DNA of 64,000 bases from Candidatus Babelota bacterium (GTDB taxonomy: Bacteria; Babelota; Babeliae; Babelales; CAIQNR01), in contig CBFHTA010000002.1 in assembly GCA_965658655.1 (NCBI GenBank), positions 128,001 through 192,000 on the forward strand, in the 5' to 3' direction. The position numbers and the translations under genes are program-made. Below, piece by piece: positions 38,901-46,162 of this stretch. The notes beneath the pieces are model-generated. The model had not been told where the DNA came from. It worked only from the letters and a program-made list of their open reading frames with translations, and did no database searches. The first letter of the stretch is position 1, and the number at the start of each line of letters is the position of its first letter.

Positions 38901-39172
38901 GCTTTTGGTGCTTTTGCTGATGAAGCTTTACCCGAAAATTGCCACCACTTACGATGACTCTGAGACTGCTCCCCTGATTGGCTCGATAACTCGCCATAGT
39001 TTTCGCTAAGATCTCCTTTATTACCCTCTATTTCTGCTTCCTCTGAAGATTGTTCTGGGCCATCAGCTGAAGTAATAGCAGGATCTACAGGTGCCTTAAC
39101 TGGAGCATCCATAGAAAACACTGGTGAAATATTTATTAACAAAACGATTAATAATACTTTGAAACTCTTCAT
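35906..39172 (-). CDS. secreted MD...RGL-family coiled-coil protein (1088 aa)
   Basis: Signal ending PVFS-MD; RGLNL at residue 120; long charged helical regions. Confidence 0.85.
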   Translation of the reverse strand: MKSFKVLLIVLLINISPVFSMDAPVKAPVDPAITSADGPEQSSEEAEIEGNKGDLSENYGELSSQSGEQSQSHRKWWQFSGKASSAKAPKAITGTDIGTTSSISVGDDNKSPMTTKEAERGLNLGELNNKVFRGKSVTYDGDQVGFSDNFNNNEKKGVLKTWADRFNDYWGGGKTRKEIYALSAEAENLEYELKKTDLTKPEYDDKIKKLSSVIKQLESRRTNMRSTTQVVNDHMQTIKDRLNNWTKHTSDGLKRQIKDGVEGLRQYAQAGVDGIKAGVYTPDAETLNRLSNLARRVSTREGQSDTLAGISSGIDELKNGVTDAYGNLRDRVNQWATTDSSKKDSDWHSLIHGEADRREEQRVKEENALAATLLVEEPSSNMMNHASMKSLREAQEIADSEDNQKNADTLRDAQESRVKSSLEDLDRLRDEFMKKSRSTNPIERSENLNKHIRSGLNQTAGLDPKEEMVRLQEIQTTYEQDPPDWYTKKQKNGESLQEQINNWINSLSVSKDLGKSGPDATEERLQQVESRLRKGEYTTKQQKYDLSLLRNKLEGGLVSGERFENIQRAMDSSAYKNGTLRVDQWGDIQEQRKRLQAKVDSASGQLNFYKNNNQFKDQIDESQNILNVSQKELDDFDNRIKQESTAREKLNQERLSREKEAARKKQEEATRKQKIQEEATRTQEEYRRQQREQEEALARQQEASKQARTKKVQDFNQRFEDIKNGDYGDFETKNKALSKLKRELESFLEGNSGQLEQGEIDQVKDLLKNVTLDFLESRLATIKQDGKDEYTVAKIGSLMEQINTADASQLLKDNPKLKELYTETREYASQNGINLAGKYYLRPDWVSESDSQPAQSDSSFVQTPGMEDRYGGAKGENFKRWQENQSGYKGKQSAAEQVRIEADLNKAKQARIEASSNLLSDQLSGNKSWSEDPESQDDTVPDYDSSSLAGQSETSVGSGGKSTTDPQRDMLNQISGMSPEEVQQESLYNLDTDPERLNMEKRKQRKNTNDWNKTLGRAKKYQERGRSLDDLRGKDYYNRLTGQQKERINDLYQGYTEGTRKERGNIRNLRNLSKDVSRVRVKGGQVNF

Positions 39173-39277
39173 TCTTTCCCCTTTTTTAAATGTCTCTTAC
39201 TGAAAATACAAGATGGATAAAGGTATTGTGAAGAAATTCAAGGAAGAAAGAAACATTTAAGCTAAGAGTAAAGGCTT

Positions 39278-40990
39278 TTAGCAGCCACCTCCACCGCCTC
39301 CGCCGCCTCCGCTGCCGGCACCTCCTCCTCCAGATCCACCACCAAATCCAGAACTTGATCCTGGTGCACTAGCATTAACACTAGAAGAGAGCGATGAATT
39401 TAAATTATTAGCAAAAGAACCAGAAGAAAAGTGAGAAGAACTAAATCCACCATGATGGTAATACCAAACAGGATGATACGGTTTTCCTGCGGCTTCAAGA
39501 CGTTCAAAGACTGGTGAAAAGTTTTTAGTCCACTGGTCTTCTACACCAAGCGCCATGGCGTACGGTAAATACTTTTCGTACAACTCGGGAGTTCGTTCTG
39601 GTGGAGTACTAATGTATTTCATGCGTGGCACTTCAGCAGATTCAAGATACAGTTTAAAACCGGCAATATGATCTCGAATCTCGAACCCTTCTTTGGTGTA
39701 AGACCGTGTAGAATAGGTGAGAAGAGCTAACCCAATCCCCCCTGGAATAGCAAAGTAAAACGCTTCTGGAGAATGGGTTACCGATGAAAGCGCGGCCGCT
39801 ATAATCATGACAACGATATAAAGCACAAAGGGAACAATAAAATAACCCAAAAGTAATAGTTTATCGAGCTTCTTTCTATAATATTTTCTTGTATATTCAA
39901 GACTTTTTGTTGTCTCTTCTGATCGAGAACTATTAAGCGTTATTTTTTTGTTTCCCGCAAACAGCTTTATTAACATCTTGTAGTAAAATTCATTATTGGG
40001 AAGATTTTTCAGTTCTAATTCATACGTTTTAGAAAAATAAGAAAGAATACCTTTTTTTAAACTAATACCAATGCATTGCTGCACACCCATATTAACCAAG
40101 TCGGCTGCAAACCCTTCTGTTTTAAAACCTCTGTTTACAAAATAATTAACCATACCAGGAGTAAAGTCTTTGGGTGGTTCAAATAAAGGAATAATCGGTT
40201 TTTTGGAATCTTCTTTTTGAGTACGATCATACAAGTACCAAGCGCATATACTCATTAACAAAGAGATAACAATAAGAAAAACCCAACCCAAATGATCATA
40301 AAAACTCCACCACATTTTCTGTAATACAGAGGGTGGCGTAATAGAACCTTTTGGCATACCAATAACAATACTAAATGCTTGTCGAGGACGCAGATTGCGT
40401 GTACAAATAAATTCAATAGTATGGTGGTCTACAATTCTTGTTCTAAAAGCTTTTTTATATGAACCTTGTGAACCAGCATAAGCCGTATATTTAATCTGAT
40501 CGGTTGTTACGCCCTCAGGCAAATGAACCGTTGCAGAAGATACATCAATAGGAAACATCCAGTCGCCACCAACCACATTCCAATACAATTCATCACTGTT
40601 TTTAAAGAAACCAATATGTCGACCAACCATATAAGAAAGTTCAAAGATGTGCGAGCCATACCTTAGCCAGCTGCCGTCTCGCATGTACATACGAATACCC
40701 CGAGAAAGATACTCTGTATCCCAAGTTGAAAGAGATTTTTCACCACGCTTTATACTCTTAAGACTGAACGGAGTTTTGAACCATGAAATACCTGACCTGT
40801 AACACAAAGGAAAATCTCGATAAATTCCTTTGCGAATATTTTTACCTTGGGCACACACTTTAATTGTTTCTGTTACGTCTAACCATCCGTCTTTACGAAT
40901 CGTAATATCAGAATGATAGTTAGTAATAGCTTCGCGCGCATTAAGACTCAATGCAACAGTAAAGAACAAACCAAAAAAGAGTTTTTTCAT
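39278..40990 (-). CDS. DUF2207-family membrane protein
   Basis: DELYWNV, YEKYLPYAMALGV and Gly/Ser-rich tail; usual partner of lemA. Confidence 0.88.
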   Translation of the reverse strand: MKKLFFGLFFTVALSLNAREAITNYHSDITIRKDGWLDVTETIKVCAQGKNIRKGIYRDFPLCYRSGISWFKTPFSLKSIKRGEKSLSTWDTEYLSRGIRMYMRDGSWLRYGSHIFELSYMVGRHIGFFKNSDELYWNVVGGDWMFPIDVSSATVHLPEGVTTDQIKYTAYAGSQGSYKKAFRTRIVDHHTIEFICTRNLRPRQAFSIVIGMPKGSITPPSVLQKMWWSFYDHLGWVFLIVISLLMSICAWYLYDRTQKEDSKKPIIPLFEPPKDFTPGMVNYFVNRGFKTEGFAADLVNMGVQQCIGISLKKGILSYFSKTYELELKNLPNNEFYYKMLIKLFAGNKKITLNSSRSEETTKSLEYTRKYYRKKLDKLLLLGYFIVPFVLYIVVMIIAAALSSVTHSPEAFYFAIPGGIGLALLTYSTRSYTKEGFEIRDHIAGFKLYLESAEVPRMKYISTPPERTPELYEKYLPYAMALGVEDQWTKNFSPVFERLEAAGKPYHPVWYYHHGGFSSSHFSSGSFANNLNSSLSSSVNASAPGSSSGFGGGSGGGGAGSGGGGGGGGGC

Positions 40991-41002
40991 GGCACTTCCC
41001 AA

Positions 41003-41551
41003 CTAGAATTTTACGTTGGGATTATTTCTTTCTTCTGGATCAACTTCAAAGAATGGAAGTACACTAAACCCAGTCATACGCGCAATAAGAGACGAGGGAA
41101 ACATTTGAACAGTCATATTAAAGTCTCGTGTTGCACCATTATAGTAACGACGCGCAAGTTGAATGTCTGTTTCTATATGGGCAAGTGTTCTTTGAAGTTC
41201 TAAAAAGTTAGTATTTGCTTTAAGTTCTGGATAACTTTCTGCAACAGCAAATAAAGTTTTAAGTGCGCCCCCCAAAGAGGCGTCTGCTGCCGCTTTACCT
41301 TCTATACCTTGAGCATTAATCGCTTTTGTTCTCGCAAGAGTTACCTTTTCGAACAGTTCAGTTTCATGCTTTGCGTACCCTTTTACTGTTTCTACTAAAT
41401 TGGGAATAAGATCATAACGACGTTTAAGTTGCACATCAATGCCACTCCACGCTTCTTCTGTCATATTCTTAAGACGTACTAATTTGTTATAAACACCCAC
41501 AGTATAGAGTGCTCCGAGAGCAAGCAAAATTAATATAATCCAAGCAATCAT
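41003..41551 (-). CDS. lemA: LemA family protein
   Basis: AWSGIDVQLKRRYDLIPNLVETVKGYA, YPELKAN and ARRYYN motifs. Confidence 0.95.
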   Translation of the reverse strand: MIAWIILILLALGALYTVGVYNKLVRLKNMTEEAWSGIDVQLKRRYDLIPNLVETVKGYAKHETELFEKVTLARTKAINAQGIEGKAAADASLGGALKTLFAVAESYPELKANTNFLELQRTLAHIETDIQLARRYYNGATRDFNMTVQMFPSSLIARMTGFSVLPFFEVDPEERNNPNVKF

Positions 41552-41654
41552 AATCGTATCCTCTCTGTTACGACGTTAATAATTGTTTATCATTACACTT
41601 TTTTGTCGATCTGGTCAATGAATTGGCGTTTTTAAACTACTTATATACCACTCA

Positions 41655-41766
41655 CCGTGGATCGCTCAAGAGGCACTTGTTTCCCCCTAAGAACGCAAGA
41701 CATACACTTACACTTTAATCGATTTCTAAAAAAACGATAACCCAGTGCCTGGAGCCTATTCCGTGG
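41655..41766 (+). ncRNA. candidate structured RNA (long interrupted hairpin)
   Basis: CCGUGGA/UCCGUGG, GCUC/GAGC and AGGCACU/AGUGCCU nested pairings in a non-coding gap. Confidence 0.35.
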
Positions 41767-41840
41767 CTAAGACCACCTGCGCTTTGCAGCAAAGACTTTT
41801 TACTTAATAAACTATTATGTATAAAAAATAGAATGAAGAA

Positions 41841-41917
41841 TGGTGCGCCTGGCAGGACTCGAACCTGCAACCAACGGATTCGAAGTCCGGTACTCTATCC
41901 AATTGAGCTACAGGCGC
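41841..41917 (-). tRNA. tRNA-Arg(TCG), CCA encoded
   Basis: GCGCCTGTAGCTCAATTGGATAGAGTA-CCGGA-CTTCGAA-TCCGT-TGGTTGCAGGTTCGAGTCCTGCCAGGCGCACCA. Confidence 0.93.
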
Positions 41918-42102
41918 ATAATATATAGAATACTGCAAAATCTTAGACAGAGCAATCTGAAACTTACTTATCTTCCAGTCCTAAAGTCGACCACTCAACT
42001 AAACCAGGGTATTTGAGTCACCTTGACGAACAGCTTCATGTTTAACAGAGCGCCCTCTACTTCATTATCCTGAGCAGGATGAAAGTTGTTTTATACAAAA
42101 CC

Positions 42103-42813
42103 TTAATCGCGCCCAAGTAACCTATACAAAAACGCTTGATCATCGCCTGCTAAATAACCGAATGGTACTAAACCGCTCTCTCCCAAAGATTCTTTTAGAA
42201 TGCGGTCTCCCTCTTCATTCACAACAACATCATTGAATGCTGCTGCTCCCGGCTCTCTTAAATCTTTGTCGGCTGAAGAAGATGCTGCGGTACTCTTTCT
42301 ATCTTCAAAACCTTTTTTACAAGTCTTTATTTTTTTCAAAAAACATTTTGATGTATGAGTCTTAAACATATCTGGCCTCATATAACTACCTTTGCAGTAA
42401 GAACAAAAATAACTGGGACTAGCACCGTGCTTTTTACTTTTTTCCACATGCCTTTTAACCTCATCTGGTCGTGCAAAAGAATTATTACATTTAAGGCACC
42501 CAAACCTAATTTTTAATTTCTTTAAGGCCATAACTTCAGCATTATGTTTTCTTGAAAATTGTTTTTCTCCTACGCTCCATGTCCTTGTACGTGGAACGTA
42601 AGTTAACAGTTCTTGAGCTTTCTTCTTATAATTATCTTCTGTTAAGCCTTTATCGTAAGGCAGCAATAAATTATATCCATCCATTTCATAAGACATATAT
42701 TCAGAATGAGATTGCGTTTTTTTTCCCTCTAAAGGAATATTTGCAGCCGAAATGTTAGTAATAGATAAAATAATTCCACTAAAAATAATAAAAAAACTGT
42801 TTTTATTCTGCAT
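42103..42813 (-). CDS. secreted protein with two C2H2/C2HC zinc-finger-like motifs
   Basis: Signal ending ISA-AN; CLKCNNSFARPDEVKRH and CSYCKGSYMRPDMFKTHTSKC. Confidence 0.75.
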   Translation of the reverse strand: MQNKNSFFIIFSGIILSITNISAANIPLEGKKTQSHSEYMSYEMDGYNLLLPYDKGLTEDNYKKKAQELLTYVPRTRTWSVGEKQFSRKHNAEVMALKKLKIRFGCLKCNNSFARPDEVKRHVEKSKKHGASPSYFCSYCKGSYMRPDMFKTHTSKCFLKKIKTCKKGFEDRKSTAASSSADKDLREPGAAAFNDVVVNEEGDRILKESLGESGLVPFGYLAGDDQAFLYRLLGRD

Positions 42814-42912
42814 TAAAAATTGCTTTCTTTAGTTGTTGCTGATCTTCCACTGAATCATCCTTACCCTCTGCTTTATTATTCTGAGTAGGATGAAAGTTTT
42901 TATACGAAAACC

Positions 42913-43635
42913 TTAATCACGCTCCAGTGAACTATCCAAAAACGCTGGGTCATCGCCTTCTAAATAACCGAATGATACTAAACCGCTCTCTCCCAAAAAT
43001 TCTTTTAGAATGCAATTTGCCTTTTCATTCAAAAAAACATCATTGAATGCTGCTGCTCCCGGCTCTCTTGAATCTTTGTCAGCCGAAGAAGGTGCTGCAG
43101 CGCCCTCTCCATCTTCCATTTGTTTTTCTAAAGTATCTTTTTTTCCCCAACAGCACTCTTTTTTATGCCCCTGAAGAAGATCTTCTCTCCAAAACTTCTT
43201 GTTACAGTCACCACAACAATAGCTGGGTTTACAGCCATACTTCCGACTTCTTGAAACATGCGTTGCAAGCTTACTTACTTCTGAAAAAGACTCATCACAA
43301 AAAAGGCACCCAAACCTAACCCCTAAATCTCTTAATACCACTATTTTAGCTTGCTTTTTTTCTGTGTATTCTTTTTTTCCTGCTCGCCATTTTTTTGTAT
43401 GTGGATTTTGTGTTACTAGCTTGTTAGCTTTATCTTTATAATTATGGATTGTTAATCTTTTGCCGCAAGGCAGCAATACATTATACTTTGGCTTTTTATG
43501 AACCACATATCCCTCAACTCTCATTGTTTTTTGCTGTAGAGGAGGATGAATAAAAGGTATATTTGCAGCCGAAATGTTCATACTAGATAACATAATTCCA
43601 CTAACAATAATAAAAAAACTGTTTTTATTCTGCAT
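42913..43635 (-). CDS. secreted zinc-finger protein, tandem paralog of 42103..42813
   Basis: Near-identical termini; CLFCDESFSEVSKLATH and CGDCNKKFWREDLLQGHKKEC. Confidence 0.75.
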   Translation of the reverse strand: MQNKNSFFIIVSGIMLSSMNISAANIPFIHPPLQQKTMRVEGYVVHKKPKYNVLLPCGKRLTIHNYKDKANKLVTQNPHTKKWRAGKKEYTEKKQAKIVVLRDLGVRFGCLFCDESFSEVSKLATHVSRSRKYGCKPSYCCGDCNKKFWREDLLQGHKKECCWGKKDTLEKQMEDGEGAAAPSSADKDSREPGAAAFNDVFLNEKANCILKEFLGESGLVSFGYLEGDDPAFLDSSLERD

Positions 43636-44386
43636 TAAGAATTATCTCCTCTAGCTGTTTTTTATCTTTCATTAAATTATCCTCCAGTTCATGGTTGAGT
43701 TGACGATGCAATAGTTGCAACTCTTTACACTGTTTGCTTGGTTTTCTCTGTAAAAATGTACTAATTATATTTTGATGTTCTATAGTTTCTACGTGATCTT
43801 GATAACTCTCTCTACTAGCATAAGAAAAAAAAGTTCCTAAAGACAAACTGCACTCAAGACATTCCCTCTTTTTTCCTTTTAGCTTTCTGCCTTTTTGGAT
43901 TAATGATATTAACTTTTTATGGGTGGAGACCGAAACTTTCTGTGCGGGACCATCTTTGCCTTTTTTCACTCCCAATCCGTTATTCATTACTGAATTAACA
44001 AGAGCACCTTTACATTCTTTTTCTATATGTCTATAACATTTCCCATACCTATCAAAAAGACACTTACAAGACTTACACTTCCAACTGGTCAAATGACTCT
44101 CTACATGAGCATTGATTCCGCTTTTTGCCATTCCTTTACCTTGTCTACCCAAAGATAAAGTGCAATCCGGCCAAAGACACTCGTATCTACCTTCACCATA
44201 AGGCTCTATCCACTTGTCTACGCCTTCGACTAATCCACATAATGGCTTTCTTGTAATGTTATCTATCTTGACCATTAAGTTTCTTCTATCCCTGTATGCG
44301 CGTGAATATTCACATTTCTCATTTTTATCTGCTGCCCCTACTGATGATTGATTAATACATAAAAATAAAAGAACTATCCGCTTCAT
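43625..44386 (-). CDS. secreted protein with three zinc-finger-like motifs
   Basis: Signal-like MKRIVLLFLC; YECLWPDC...HVESH, CKSCKCLFDRYGKCYRHIEKEC and CLEC...HVETIEH. Confidence 0.7.
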   Translation of the reverse strand: MKRIVLLFLCINQSSVGAADKNEKCEYSRAYRDRRNLMVKIDNITRKPLCGLVEGVDKWIEPYGEGRYECLWPDCTLSLGRQGKGMAKSGINAHVESHLTSWKCKSCKCLFDRYGKCYRHIEKECKGALVNSVMNNGLGVKKGKDGPAQKVSVSTHKKLISLIQKGRKLKGKKRECLECSLSLGTFFSYASRESYQDHVETIEHQNIISTFLQRKPSKQCKELQLLHRQLNHELEDNLMKDKKQLEEIILNAE

Positions 44387-44662
44387 ATGCGCCTTCCACA
44401 AATAAAATTACATTATTTTTGTGCATAGACTTTCCATGCGTTATATAGATATAAAACATTTTATTTTATACGCAACACTAAAGGATAATTCAATACTCTA
44501 AGCAAGTCGCTTCTTATAGCACAAACAAAAATCATGGTGCTCATAAGCAACGTAATGAATCATATTGCCCTCACTTTAGACATTTAGCCACAACCTGAAT
44601 GTAAATACTAGTGGATGTCACCTTGATTCTTTAGTAATTCTAATTCTCCTCCCTATTGACTA

Positions 44663-45229
44663 TTATCTTTTATGTGCCATTTCTCGAGAAGTAGCAAATC
44701 CACTATAAGAAGTATAAAAAGGACCTTTCAAAGATTGCTGCCACCCGTCAACCTCATGATGTTGAGAAGCTATATGTGAAGCCATTTTTTCATAATTACT
44801 ACGGGTCTCTTTGCACACAGCACACTGAGTTTTTCCATATTTTAACATCTCAACATTGCATCTCAAAGAGGTTCTTAACCTATCTTGTTCTGTTATTGTT
44901 AATAACTTTAAAGATGCACCATCTTGTTTATAAGCATACTCAAAAATATCATCCGATACGCGTGCACCAATTAATGCAACTTTCTTCGTTTTACCACGCG
45001 CTTTCTTAGATACACTTTTCTGAGCTCCTGAATCATTACTAGATTTGTTTTTATTTAAACCGGATTCTCTTTTTAATCTTGCTTCTTCTTTCTTTTTTAC
45101 ATCAAGCATTTCAGCCATTATAGAAACTACGCTTTTTTCTCTATCAGTAAGAACAGCTTGAGTACCTCCAGACATAACAGATACTGTCACCAAGCTTAAA
45201 CCCATAAAAAATACTAATTTCTTACTCAT
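44663..45229 (-). CDS. secreted basic protein with one C2H2 zinc finger
   Basis: Signal-like N-terminus; CAVCKETRSNYEKMASHIASQH (C-x2-C-x12-H-x4-H). Confidence 0.7.
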   Translation of the reverse strand: MSKKLVFFMGLSLVTVSVMSGGTQAVLTDREKSVVSIMAEMLDVKKKEEARLKRESGLNKNKSSNDSGAQKSVSKKARGKTKKVALIGARVSDDIFEYAYKQDGASLKLLTITEQDRLRTSLRCNVEMLKYGKTQCAVCKETRSNYEKMASHIASQHHEVDGWQQSLKGPFYTSYSGFATSREMAHKR

Positions 45230-45445
45230 TTTGATTCTTCTCCATATTGACTATTTGTAAAACAACAAGATTAAGTCTAACAAGAAAGCCTATCCCGTCA
45301 ACTAATTAGCTTATTCAAGCATAAAAGTAAATAAGGTTAAAATGACTTTATGTGTAATTTAACATAAGTATAAATACAACCTTTTGACGACATGTACCCC
45401 AGGGTCTATACTTATAGAAGGTGTTTAAATCGATTGGGGGATACC

Positions 45446-46057
45446 ATGTTGAGTGAAAAAAATCTTATTCGCGACGGATTGTGTTTAGTTGTTTTGGTGT
45501 TTTTAGTACGCCATGTATTTACGCAACAATATATTAAACACGCATCAAAAAGAACGCTCGCAAAACATGCTGTAAATATACAAATGAAAAAAATTAAAGC
45601 TAGTGTTTCTAACACTGCTTCAAAAGTGAAAAAGCATGTTAAAAAAGGGGTGCGTACTACCATCAATTCAAAACAAGCTCAACTAGAAGAACATACTAGT
45701 GCTTTATTACAACAACTTAAAAATGCACAAGAAGCCCTTGATAAAACAGATCTTTTAACAGACAAAGAACGCACAACATTAGCACTCGACATTAAAACCA
45801 TTCGCTCTCATATTGAACACATAAAAAAAGAATCTTCTAAAGAACCTCACGAGTTGGGATTGCTCTCTGGACCAGCGTTAACAACAGCTAAAGAAGTACA
45901 CAAACGCAGCTTGGATAAAAAGCTATTACAAGCTACAAACAACACCAGCTTTGTTCTTTTAACCCTATACAACGAAATATTGGGACAGGACAAAAAAATA
46001 AACCCCGCAACATCTGTGTCACAAGGTTTACAACGTAATCAATCACTACTTATTTAA
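45446..46057 (+). CDS. hypothetical membrane-anchored helical protein
   Basis: GGGGGA RBS before ATG 45446; one hydrophobic segment followed by a basic coiled-coil-like region. Confidence 0.55.
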   Translation: MLSEKNLIRDGLCLVVLVFLVRHVFTQQYIKHASKRTLAKHAVNIQMKKIKASVSNTASKVKKHVKKGVRTTINSKQAQLEEHTSALLQQLKNAQEALDKTDLLTDKERTTLALDIKTIRSHIEHIKKESSKEPHELGLLSGPALTTAKEVHKRSLDKKLLQATNNTSFVLLTLYNEILGQDKKINPATSVSQGLQRNQSLLI

Positions 46058-46162
46058 TTTAGTTATCATCTGAAAGTTGCTGGCTTTCTTGGCTCAGCGT
46101 ATCCGTTACTTCCTGATTTGCTGCACTTCCAAAGTTTCTTCTACCGGTCGTATTTTTTTAGT

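Noticed and set aside
35783..41917. Genomic island bounded by the two tRNA-Arg genes
   Set aside because: No integrase or duplicated tRNA 3' end seen, and the interval contains ordinary lemA and DUF2207 genes.
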